Assembly (NCBI GenBank): GCA_964505785.1
Contig: CAZDJZ010000011.1
Coordinates: forward strand, 5,568-69,567
Length of the DNA: 64,000 nt
Direction of reading: 5' to 3'
From: an uncultured Eubacteriales bacterium
Lineage (GTDB): Bacteria; Acidobacteriota; Aminicenantia; Aminicenantales; Aminicenantaceae
The position numbers and the translations under genes are program-made. Of this stretch, positions 20,226-29,791 are shown in pieces (position 1 is the stretch's first letter; the number at the start of each line of letters is the position of its first letter). The notes beneath the pieces were generated by a model. The model ran no database searches. It was not told where the DNA came from and was given only the letters and a program-made list of their open reading frames with translations.

Positions 20226-20828
20226 TTAATCTTTTATTTCCGTTCGTCCTTCCAAAGATTTTTTTATTGTCACTTGATCGGCGTAGTCAAGATCAGAACC
20301 GACAGGCAAGCCCATAGCCAGGCGGGTCATCTTAATATGATAATCCTTTAACAGCCTGGTCAAATAAGCGGCTGTGGCTTCTCCATCCGAAGTCGGATTA
20401 GTCGCAATAATGATCTCTTCAAAAACGCCGTCTTGAATTCTTTTCAATAATTTTTCAGACTTCATTTCATCGGGGCCGCGCCCTTTCAAGGGAGACATCG
20501 CCCCAAGCAGCACATGGTAACGGCCTCTGAAAATGCCGGTTTTTTCAATCGCCTCGATATTAAAAGGTTCTTCGACGATACAAAGGACATCGTTCCTTCG
20601 GTTCTCATCACGGCAATACAGGCAGGGATCAACATGCGTCAGGCTGTTGCATACAGAACAGGTAAAAACCCGGTTTTTAGCCTCCCGGATTGAGTCAGCC
20701 AAAGAATCCGCTTCCGCCGGAGATAAGCCGATAATATAAAATGCCATCCTCTGCGCTGTCTTCGCTCCCACCCCCGGAATTTTTTTTATCTCTTCAATGA
20801 GGCGGGATAGAGGATGATCTTGGTCCAT
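20226..20828 (-). CDS. recR: recombination protein RecR
   Basis: HhH N-terminus, Cys4 finger CSVCNSLTHVDPCLYC, and a Toprim domain. Confidence 0.95.
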   Translation of the reverse strand: MDQDHPLSRLIEEIKKIPGVGAKTAQRMAFYIIGLSPAEADSLADSIREAKNRVFTCSVCNSLTHVDPCLYCRDENRRNDVLCIVEEPFNIEAIEKTGIFRGRYHVLLGAMSPLKGRGPDEMKSEKLLKRIQDGVFEEIIIATNPTSDGEATAAYLTRLLKDYHIKMTRLAMGLPVGSDLDYADQVTIKKSLEGRTEIKD

Positions 20829-20829
20829 T

Positions 20830-21141
20830 TTAAAATAAACCCGGTATTTTCATACCGGCGCCGACTGCGCCGATCTTTTCTTTGATTTGTTCATCCACCT
20901 TGGTGGATGCATCATTGAATGCCGCACTGATCAAGTCCTGCAGCATATCTACATCCTCTTTATCCACCACTTCAGGATCGATTCGGATGGATTCAAGATT
21001 TTTATGTCCATCCATGGTCACCGCCACCATTCCACCGCCGCTGGAGCCTTCCACTTTCAACTCTTCTAATTCCCGCTGCATTTTTTCCTGCATCTGCTGG
21101 GCCTGTTTCATCATTTTTTGAAGATTGCCTACGCCTTTCAT
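20830..21141 (-). CDS. ybaB: YbaB/EbfC family nucleoid-associated protein
   Basis: 103 aa. MMKQAQQMQEKMQ...GGGMV.VTMDG pattern. Canonical position between dnaX and recR. Confidence 0.93.
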   Translation of the reverse strand: MKGVGNLQKMMKQAQQMQEKMQRELEELKVEGSSGGGMVAVTMDGHKNLESIRIDPEVVDKEDVDMLQDLISAAFNDASTKVDEQIKEKIGAVGAGMKIPGLF

Positions 21142-21157
21142 TATATTCTCCTGAAAA

Positions 21158-22534
21158 TCATGATTTATCTTTTTTATCCACGGAGAGAATTTGGGCCTTG
21201 AATTCAGAAAGAAAACCCTGAACCATGGGATCCTTCACTTCGGGTTCTCTTTCCTTATCTTCACGGACTCCGGCATCTGCATTTCCGGCTTGTTTTTCCG
21301 GAGAAGCCGGATAATCCTCTCTTTGTTTATTTCGGTTCAAGCTTTCCTTGAATGGGCCGGTTGAAACTGTTTCCCGCTGACTTCCTTTTATGCCGCTCTT
21401 TTTCAACCCGCGGATTTCCTTTATGACATCCTGAATCGGAATCAGGTGACGCAGTCCGCAAAGCTTGACTAAAAGGGCTTCAAAATAAAAACGGGGATGG
21501 GAAGAATACCGCAGTCCTGCTTCACCTTCCTGAAGGGCATGCAGATAACGGAGAATCTGGTCCGGAGTGGTCTTGCCGGCTTCTTCCTTGATTCTTTTCG
21601 CTTCCCGGGCCTGCAGCGTCAATACATCAGTAATATTTTCCATGGTTGCGGCAATCAACAAATTGCGGAAATGTTTGATCAATTCTTCATAAAAAAACCT
21701 CAGATCATATCCCCGGTTCATCACCTTCTCAACCAGTATAAAAATCTTATCCGGCTGATTATCCAAAATTGCGGCTGAAAACTCGAAAAGCAATTCCTGG
21801 CTGACCGTTCCTAACAGCTCACGCAAGTCATCCTCGGGAATGGTTTCGCCGGAAAAAGCCACGGCCTGATCCAAGAGGCTCTGGGCGTCTCTCAAACTTC
21901 CTTCCGAGGCCTCGGCGATCAAACGCAGTCCCGGCTCTGAAATAGAAATTCCTTCTTTTTCCGTAATAAAAACAAGATGAGAAACAATATCCTTGAGCGG
22001 GATTTTTCGGAATTCGAAATGCTGGCAGCGGGACACAATTGTGGCCGGTATTTTATGAAAATCCGTTGTGGCAAGAATAAAAATAGTCTGCTCGGGCGGC
22101 TCTTCCAGTGTTTTCAATAGAGCATTGAAGGCCGGTTCCGTCAGCATATGTACCTCATCAATGATGATAATTTTATAACGGCCCTGCAAAGGTTTGTATC
22201 TGACCCCTTCCCGAAGCTGCCTCACTTCTTCGATTCCCCGGTTGGAAGCGCCATCTATTTCAAGGACGTCCACCGACCGGCCTTCCTGGATTTCCCGGCA
22301 GACATCGCAGTTGTTGCAGGGCTCCGGAGTTGGCCCATCTTTGCAGTTCAGGGCTTTAGCCAGGATCCGGGCGGCAGTGGTTTTCCCCACTCCGCGCATA
22401 CCGGAAAAAATATACCCATTAGCAATGCGGTCCATTTTTATCGCGTTTTTTAACGTACGCACTACGGGCTTCTGCCCGATGATCTCATCAAATGTGGCAG
22501 GCCGGTATTTTCTGGCGTATACAATATAGCTCAT
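21158..22534 (-). CDS. dnaX: DNA polymerase III subunit gamma/tau
   Basis: RKYRPATFDEIIGQ, Walker A GMRGVGKTT and the zinc module CNNCDVC. The ORF track extends to 22567, but MSYIVYARKYRP (ATG at 22534) is the conventional start. Confidence 0.95.
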   Translation of the reverse strand: MSYIVYARKYRPATFDEIIGQKPVVRTLKNAIKMDRIANGYIFSGMRGVGKTTAARILAKALNCKDGPTPEPCNNCDVCREIQEGRSVDVLEIDGASNRGIEEVRQLREGVRYKPLQGRYKIIIIDEVHMLTEPAFNALLKTLEEPPEQTIFILATTDFHKIPATIVSRCQHFEFRKIPLKDIVSHLVFITEKEGISISEPGLRLIAEASEGSLRDAQSLLDQAVAFSGETIPEDDLRELLGTVSQELLFEFSAAILDNQPDKIFILVEKVMNRGYDLRFFYEELIKHFRNLLIAATMENITDVLTLQAREAKRIKEEAGKTTPDQILRYLHALQEGEAGLRYSSHPRFYFEALLVKLCGLRHLIPIQDVIKEIRGLKKSGIKGSQRETVSTGPFKESLNRNKQREDYPASPEKQAGNADAGVREDKEREPEVKDPMVQGFLSEFKAQILSVDKKDKS

Positions 22535-22552
22535 TGTTTGACCGCGTTTCGC

Positions 22553-22585
22553 ATCTGCGGTAATCACGGCTTAAGCATAATACAG
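22553..22585 (-). repeat. family-A repeat, diverged copy
   Basis: atctgcggtaatcacggcttaagcataatacag aligns with the reverse complement of the family-A consensus at about 24 of 33 positions. It lies 19 nt upstream of the dnaX start. Confidence 0.4.
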
Positions 22586-22684
22586 TATTTTGTAAGTCCG
22601 TCGGATCCGGAGATGCAGGTTTGTATATAATTAAACCGTATTTTAGCATAAATGACGTGCAAATCAAAAAAGTATTTTACCTGG

Positions 22685-22716
22685 CCTGGATTATTAACGG
22701 GCCGAGACGGCCGAAC
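22685..22716 (+). repeat. family-A repeat
   Basis: cctggattattaacgggccgagacggccgaac. Confidence 0.75.
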
Positions 22717-22740
22717 AATTATTTCCAGGAATTCAGCATG

Positions 22741-23928
22741 TCACTTTTTCTTCTTCTTTTTTATGGATGTGGTTTTTTCCTTTTTTTCCTCTTCTTTCTT
22801 TTCCGTGCTTTCAGATTTTTTCACTTTTTCCGTCTCTTCGCTCTGCCGTTTTTTCAATTTGGATTTTTCCACTTGGTGTTCCTGTTCCAGTTTTTGTATC
22901 TCTTTCCGGGATTCCGGTTCCTTCTGTTTGCTTTCTTCAGCTTTTGTCTGCTCCCTCTTTTCCAGTTTTTCTTTCAGCTCCCGGACTTCTCTTTCCTGGG
23001 TTTCTTCGAGCAATTCCCTTTCTCTTTCCTGTCTTTGTTTTAATTCATCGCTTTGGCTGGATTTCCGGATCCGGTCTTCGGTTATCACCTCACGGGCTTC
23101 CTCTTTTTCCATGATTCTCGATGGACGGGCCAGAGAGTTCCTCTCAATTTCAGGGCGGTATATCCTGATTTTATTTCCTTCCAGGCGGGAAGGATTCAAA
23201 ACACCGGCGTCTTCCAGCTGATATTTGTTGATCGAATCACGGGAAATTCTCCGCATCTCGTCAACATCCACTCCCCGGTTGATAATGCGGTTATCCCTCT
23301 GAACAATCTCCGTCTTGGAAACCGTAGTCCGTATAAGACTCCTGTTCCGTTCGGGAGGGAGAATATACCGGTTCATCCTATCGGAATAAAAATGAGATCC
23401 CTCGACAAATACCCAATAGTGAAAAGGAATGTCATATGAAATCCGCCGAATGCCGTACCCCGGCATAAACCGGACATCGGGAGGAAGCGGCGCCCAGCCG
23501 ACGTAACGGCTTCCTTTGCGCCAGGTCACCCATGCCGGCCCCCATGTATAACCGACAGTCCAATACCAACCGAGTTGATTGTCCCAGCCCCAGCGGCCGT
23601 AATGGAAGGGAATCCATCCCCAATTATAACGGGACATCCAGGTCCATCCGTAGTCGGTCCAGGCCCAGCGGCCATGCGTATACGGTCTCCATCCATATCC
23701 GACATCCCGGGGAAGCCAGACATATTCATGGGAAGTGAGACTGACCCAAACTCCATAGCGGCCTAAATAATCATAAAAATTCACTTCACTCATCTTCGCA
23801 GCCGGAGCCCGGCGGGTATATTCCTCTTCACGCGGGGAAGGATAATAATCGCCTTCCGACTGCGGGATATAAATAATACAAGCGGATAAACCGATAGCAA
23901 TCAAGGCTGTGATCAGGATTTTTTTCAT
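22741..23928 (-). CDS. lipoprotein with Trp/Tyr/Gly-rich YXWGXW-type repeats and a ~130-aa K/E-rich C-terminal tail
   Basis: Lipobox MKKILITALIAIGLSAC (ATG at 23928 with a GGAGAG RBS; the track start is 23958). Central YGWRPYTHGRWAWTDYGWTWMSRYNWGWIPFHYGRWGWDNQLGWYWTVGYTWGPAWVTW. The tail is KEKLEKREQTKAEESKQKEPE...KKKKKK. Confidence 0.8.
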   Translation of the reverse strand: MKKILITALIAIGLSACIIYIPQSEGDYYPSPREEEYTRRAPAAKMSEVNFYDYLGRYGVWVSLTSHEYVWLPRDVGYGWRPYTHGRWAWTDYGWTWMSRYNWGWIPFHYGRWGWDNQLGWYWTVGYTWGPAWVTWRKGSRYVGWAPLPPDVRFMPGYGIRRISYDIPFHYWVFVEGSHFYSDRMNRYILPPERNRSLIRTTVSKTEIVQRDNRIINRGVDVDEMRRISRDSINKYQLEDAGVLNPSRLEGNKIRIYRPEIERNSLARPSRIMEKEEAREVITEDRIRKSSQSDELKQRQERERELLEETQEREVRELKEKLEKREQTKAEESKQKEPESRKEIQKLEQEHQVEKSKLKKRQSEETEKVKKSESTEKKEEEKKEKTTSIKKKKKK

Positions 23929-23950
23929 AGGAATCTCTCCATAATACAGG

Positions 23951-25156
23951 TTATTCAAAATCTTTAAAGACTTTTTTTATTCGCTTAAACGCCCAATCCA
24001 GATCTTTCTTTTTTATAACCAGCGGGGGAGCAAACCGTATGACATGCTCATGTGTTTCTTTGCAAAGCAACCGTTCTTTTTCTAAGGCTTCACAGAATTT
24101 CCGAGCGCCTCCGGCTTCCGGTTTCAGCTCGATGCCGATTAAGAGGCCTTTCCCCCGGATTTCTTTTATATGTCGACTTTTTAAGCTCTTAAGTTTATCC
24201 AGAAAATAAGCACCCATTTCTGCAGAATTCTCCAGCATTTTTTCTTCTTCAAGCACTCGAAGAGCTTCCCTGGCCACAGCAGAAGCTAATGGATTTGCGC
24301 CGAATGTTGAGCCATGACTTCCGGGAGTGAACACACCCAAAACTTCCCGGTCAGAAAGAACCGCTGAGATCGCATAGCACCCCCCGCCTAATGACTTGCC
24401 GACGACAGTAACATCGGGACGGACTCCTTCATGTTCACAAGCAAACATTTTACCTGTGCGTCCCAGCCCGGTCTGTATCTCATCCGCAATAAAAAGAACG
24501 TTATTTTTTTTGCAAACCTCTTTCGCTTTTTTTAAATAACCCGGTGGAGGAATCAGTATTCCGGCTTCAGCTTGGATGGGTTCCACTAAAAACGCTGCTG
24601 TTTTGGGAGTTATGGCTTTCTCAAGGGCATCCGTGTCTCCGTAAGGTATCTGAACGAACCCGGGAGTAAAAGGGCCAAAATCTTTTCGGTATAATTCTTC
24701 AGTAGAAAAACTAATAATGGCAATGGTCCTTCCATGGAAATTATTGCAGCAAGTAATGATCTCTGCTTGGTTTTCCGGGATTCCCTTTTTCCGGTAACCC
24801 CACATCCTTGCTGCTTTAACCGCAGTTTCCACAGCCTCCGCTCCGGAATTCATCGCTAAAACCATGTCATATTCGGTGATTTCACAAATCTCCTTAGTTA
24901 ACATCGGCCATTGATCATTGCGGAATGCCCGGGAAGTCAAAGTCAAAGTCTTGCCTTGCTCAGCCAGTACTTTTGTTATTCTGGGATGACAATGACCATG
25001 GTTTACTGCCGAATAAGCACTTAAGAAATCCAGGTATTTATTTCCCTCAACATCCCATACCCAGACACCCTGTCCCTTGGTCAAAACCACATCTAAAGGA
25101 TGATAATTATGAGCTCCATATAAATTTTCCAAATCGACAAAAAATTTCGTATCCAT
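23951..25156 (-). CDS. rocD: ornithine--oxo-acid aminotransferase (class III)
   Basis: N-terminus YGAHNYHPLDVVLTKGQGVWVWDVEGNKYLDFLSAYSAVNHGHCHPRI and DEIQTGLGRTG are typical of RocD/OAT. Confidence 0.9.
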   Translation of the reverse strand: MDTKFFVDLENLYGAHNYHPLDVVLTKGQGVWVWDVEGNKYLDFLSAYSAVNHGHCHPRITKVLAEQGKTLTLTSRAFRNDQWPMLTKEICEITEYDMVLAMNSGAEAVETAVKAARMWGYRKKGIPENQAEIITCCNNFHGRTIAIISFSTEELYRKDFGPFTPGFVQIPYGDTDALEKAITPKTAAFLVEPIQAEAGILIPPPGYLKKAKEVCKKNNVLFIADEIQTGLGRTGKMFACEHEGVRPDVTVVGKSLGGGCYAISAVLSDREVLGVFTPGSHGSTFGANPLASAVAREALRVLEEEKMLENSAEMGAYFLDKLKSLKSRHIKEIRGKGLLIGIELKPEAGGARKFCEALEKERLLCKETHEHVIRFAPPLVIKKKDLDWAFKRIKKVFKDFE

Positions 25157-25393
25157 TTAAGGCTCTCCTTTAAGCAAATGACGTGTTATAAAATATGGCC
25201 CAAATTAAGAACGATAAGCATGCCCCATTTTATAAATAATAAAATACTTTATATGAACTGTTTTTATAAATAAGCATCGAATGCACTATATTAATTTGTT
25301 GTTAAAAAATATTCAAGTGGATGTTTTTATCTTAACCTTGTTTTGAATTTGTTTTTATGCTTATATTAAAATTGTATATATGAGGAGAATAAA

Positions 25394-26521
25394 ATGACAA
25401 AATTTCAGCCTTTTACCATGGAACGGATGATGTCCAAGTATGAAAAGGATGTTGACTATAATATTTCAGAAAGCGGTGTGCACCCTATCACATTAGGGGA
25501 TTTGATTGAGAACAATCCTGACTTGACTGAAAAGCTGATGGCCACGGAAATAAACTACGCTCATGCCAATGGTATCCCTGAACTGAGAGAATATATAGCG
25601 GCCTTGTACCGGGGTGCTTCCGCCGGTAATGTCCTGGTGACGATCGGTGCGATTGAAGCCAATTACAACACTCTGAATACTCTGCTCTCTCCCGGAGATG
25701 AAATCGTTATAATGCTGCCGAATTACATGCAGATCTGGGGAATCGCCAAAAACCAGAACCTGAATGTCAAAGCTTTTCATTTACGCGAAAAAAACGGCTG
25801 GGCTCCCGACCTCGATGAATTAGAGGACACGGTCACAAATGAAACTAAATTGATCGCTGTATGCAATCCGGATAATCCCACCGGCTATATTTTCACCGAA
25901 CAGGAAATGGAACGTATTATCAAAATCGCCGAAAGGGCCGGCGCCTGGATTCTGGCTGATGAGGTTTATACAGGCGCCGAACGCACGACAGATAAGCAGA
26001 CTCCCTCTTTTTACGGACGCTATGATAAAGTTGTGGCGACGGGAAGCCTTAGTAAAGCATACGGTCTGCCGGGCCTCAGAATCGGCTGGGCTATCGCTCA
26101 GAATGAGGTTATAGATGATATATGGAAAAGGCATGAATATACCACCTTGAGCGCGACTATGCTGTCCAACCATCTCGCCGCCATCGCCCTTTCACCCGAA
26201 GTAAGACCGCGTTTGATTAAACGTACCCGTGAATACATCCGGAAAGGGTTTCCAGTTTTGGAACAATGGATGAACAGCCATGAAAACACATTCAGTTTTA
26301 CTCCTCCACAGGCTGCGGCTATCGCTTTCGTCCGCTATCACTTGGATATTAATTCTACTGAATTCGCAGAACGTTTAATCAAAGAAAAGAGTGTGCTTTT
26401 GGTCCCGGGCGACCATTTCGGCATGGATAAATTTCTCCGTATCAGTTTCGGTCTGCCTCATGATTATCTAACCGCTGCACTCGAGCGCATTCACGAATGG
26501 ATTACGGAAATTCAGGCATAA
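25394..26521 (+). CDS. class I/II PLP-dependent aminotransferase (substrate unknown)
   Basis: 375 aa. SLSKAYGLPGLRIGW carries the PLP-lysine motif. Paralogous to 55725-56825. Confidence 0.85.
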   Translation: MTKFQPFTMERMMSKYEKDVDYNISESGVHPITLGDLIENNPDLTEKLMATEINYAHANGIPELREYIAALYRGASAGNVLVTIGAIEANYNTLNTLLSPGDEIVIMLPNYMQIWGIAKNQNLNVKAFHLREKNGWAPDLDELEDTVTNETKLIAVCNPDNPTGYIFTEQEMERIIKIAERAGAWILADEVYTGAERTTDKQTPSFYGRYDKVVATGSLSKAYGLPGLRIGWAIAQNEVIDDIWKRHEYTTLSATMLSNHLAAIALSPEVRPRLIKRTREYIRKGFPVLEQWMNSHENTFSFTPPQAAAIAFVRYHLDINSTEFAERLIKEKSVLLVPGDHFGMDKFLRISFGLPHDYLTAALERIHEWITEIQA

Positions 26522-26560
26522 TACGCATCATCAAGGCTTTCATGCATAATGCGCAATGGA

Positions 26561-27022
26561 TTATTTTCTTTTGATTTCGAGCTCATCTTTGCCATAGTTT
26601 CTTTCACAATAATGACACTTAAATTCCACAGGCTCTTTTCTTGCAAGTTTGAAAAATGTTTCCACTTCCTCTATATTTGTGATACAGGCAGGGTTGGAAC
26701 ATCCAATGATTCCAACTAATTTTTGGGGAAGTTTGACCTTGATTTTTTCTTTTATTTTATAATTCCTTATAATACTGACAGTGGCATTAGGAGCGAGAAT
26801 AGCGATTCGATTCACTTCGCTCTTTGTTATAAAACGATTATCAAATTTGATCACCCCTTTTTTGCCCATTACTTTGCTGTCTAAATTTAATGTTACACTG
26901 ATCGGCTGCTGAAATTCCTGCGGATCCAAAATCCGGATGATCCTGAATGTTTCACGGCTGGGTATATGGTCAATAACCGTGCCGTCTTTGATAGCAGGAA
27001 CTTTTCTTTCTTTTTCTTCCAT
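26561..27022 (-). CDS. pyrI: aspartate carbamoyltransferase regulatory subunit
   Basis: IKDGTVIDHIP N-terminal domain and Cys4 zinc site CSNPACIT...CHYCE. Confidence 0.95.
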   Translation of the reverse strand: MEEKERKVPAIKDGTVIDHIPSRETFRIIRILDPQEFQQPISVTLNLDSKVMGKKGVIKFDNRFITKSEVNRIAILAPNATVSIIRNYKIKEKIKVKLPQKLVGIIGCSNPACITNIEEVETFFKLARKEPVEFKCHYCERNYGKDELEIKRK

Positions 27023-27061
27023 ATCATATCACCTTTTTCTCAAATTGATTCCATCATATAC

Positions 27062-27188
27062 AACCTGACTTATTATTCGAAAATCGATTTTTCATGGCAA
27101 TGGATAAGGGTCATCCGACTGCGAAATGCTTTTCAGATTTGAGATGTTATACCGCATCTGCGGCAATCCCGGTCCATGAATAATCCAG
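27062..27188. mobile_element. candidate MITE-like unit bounded by inverted family-A ends, inserted between pyrB and pyrI
   Basis: The left end aacctgacttattattcgaaaatcgattt (27062-27090) and the right end tctgcggcaatcccggtccatgaataatccag (27157-27188) are inverted family-A copies. Internally it carries a cagatttgagat (family D) word. No target-site duplication is evident. Confidence 0.4.
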
Positions 27189-27198
27189 AATAAAAAGA

Positions 27199-28128
<930 letters not shown>

Positions 28129-28351
28129 TTATCATAATTTATCATTATTCAAACCCATTTAAAGTCGAAATGTCAACTTTGGTTTTATCCGACCCGATGG
28201 AATTACAATGATTACAGAATTTTACATACTTCCGTCACAAAGCTGCAACATGAAGGAAAAAAAACTCCGTACAATCCCTTGTTGTCCCGAAGTTTTATTT
28301 ATGCTATAAGCTAAAAGAAAATGCGATACCACATTCCAAAGGAGTGCGAAT

Positions 28352-29746
28352 ATGCAAGAATTTTATGTTAATCTCAGCCAATGGATAGACAGCACGGCAC
28401 AATTCATTTGGTCGTATATGATTTATATCCTGTTTGCAGTTGGCGCCTGGTTGACTGTTCGAACCGGGCTTATTCAATTCAGGCATCTCGGCAAAGGCAT
28501 GAAACTGATTTTCAGCGGTTTCATGGGAAGACCTGCAGGTAAGAAGCGGGACGGAGATGTTTCCCCGTTCGCGGCGTTATCTACGGCTTTGGCCGCCACG
28601 GTCGGCAACGGCAATATCGCTGGAGTTGCCACCGCTTTATTCACCGGAGGTCCGGGAGCAATCTTTTGGATGTGGGTCTGCGGTTTTGTCGGCATGGCTA
28701 CCAAATATTCCGAGGCTTTGCTTGGAGTTCATTACCGGGAAAAATTTCCCGACGGCACCATTGCCGGCGGACCGATGTATTACATAAAGAACGGCTTTAA
28801 AGGCAAAAAATGGGCCAAGATCCTGGCGGCTTCTTTTGCCGTATTCGGTGCCTTCGCCGCTCTTTTCGGTACCGGAAATATGATGCAGGCCAATCAAATG
28901 GCACTGGCTTTTAACAGTGAGTTTGGAATTCCGAATGTGGTCACCGGAATCACCATTACTTTGCTGGTCAGCCTTGTGATCATCGGCGGAATCAAACGTA
29001 TCGGCAAAGTGGCGGAAAAACTTGTTCCTACAATGGTCCTTATTTATTTTGCCTTCGGGTTCGCTGTTATTTTTTCTAACATCGGCGATGTTCCCAGAGT
29101 GTTCCTTCTGATTTTTCAAGAAGCTTTTTCTCCATCTGCGGCAGTGGGAGGATTCATGGGGGCAACGGTTAAAAGCGCCATCCAGATGGGATTCAGACGC
29201 GGCTTGCTCACCAATGAAGCCGGTCTGGGAAGCGCTCCCATCGCGCATGCAGCCGCTCAGACCCCGTCACCAATCCATCAGGGACTCATCGGCGTAGGCG
29301 AAGTTTTTATCGATACGATTGTCGTGTGCACCATAACCGCATTGATCAATCTTTCCTCCGGCATGTGGCAAAGCGGACTGGACGGGGCGGCCATGACCGC
29401 AGCCTCTTTCTCAGACACGGTGCCGATTGTGGGAGGCCTGGTTGTGGCGATTTCATCCTTTCTGTTTGGATACTCAACACTCCTGGGCTGGTATTATTAC
29501 GGTGAACAGTGTATGAAATATCTCTTCGGCGTCAAGATCACCTATCCTTACCGGTTGATCTATGTGGTCCTGGTTTTTGTCGGATCGCTGATTTCCATTG
29601 AACTGGTTTTCTACATCGGAGATATTGCTAATGCCTTTATGGCGTTTCCCAACTTGATCGCCTTGGCCCTGTTAAGCGGGACAGTCGCAACAATGACCCG
29701 GCAGTTCTTTAAAAAATACAAGCGGCTGGAAGACTTTGACGCTTGA
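28352..29746 (+). CDS. alanine/glycine:cation symporter (AGCS family)
   Basis: 464 aa, polytopic. SPFAALSTALAATVGNGNIAGVATA and GLLTNEAGLGSAPIAHAAA segments are typical of the AGCS family. Confidence 0.9.
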   Translation: MQEFYVNLSQWIDSTAQFIWSYMIYILFAVGAWLTVRTGLIQFRHLGKGMKLIFSGFMGRPAGKKRDGDVSPFAALSTALAATVGNGNIAGVATALFTGGPGAIFWMWVCGFVGMATKYSEALLGVHYREKFPDGTIAGGPMYYIKNGFKGKKWAKILAASFAVFGAFAALFGTGNMMQANQMALAFNSEFGIPNVVTGITITLLVSLVIIGGIKRIGKVAEKLVPTMVLIYFAFGFAVIFSNIGDVPRVFLLIFQEAFSPSAAVGGFMGATVKSAIQMGFRRGLLTNEAGLGSAPIAHAAAQTPSPIHQGLIGVGEVFIDTIVVCTITALINLSSGMWQSGLDGAAMTAASFSDTVPIVGGLVVAISSFLFGYSTLLGWYYYGEQCMKYLFGVKITYPYRLIYVVLVFVGSLISIELVFYIGDIANAFMAFPNLIALALLSGTVATMTRQFFKKYKRLEDFDA

Positions 29747-29791
29747 GTCATCGTAAAATTTGCAAACCCTGCTCCCTGAAAAGCGGATTTT

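Noticed and set aside
21169-21177. A AAA AAG slippery heptamer in dnaX (programmed -1 frameshift as in E. coli)
   Set aside because: It lies in the last six codons (DKKDKS*) of an already short gamma-length protein, with no downstream stem-loop and no extended alternative frame.
22568-22740. SRP (4.5S) RNA, which often sits upstream of dnaX
   Set aside because: I read both strands for the conserved domain-IV core (..GGUGCUGUUU..CAGG..GGAAGCAGCC..) and found nothing similar. The spacer is occupied by family-A copies instead. A covariance-model scan would be decisive.
22621-23221. Three long overlapping plus-strand ORFs (140, 189 and 115 aa) rich in F/L/S
   Set aside because: They are antisense shadows of the K/E-rich tail of the 22741-23928 gene. 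The purine/pyrimidine strand asymmetry removes stop codons, and the peptides are low-complexity.
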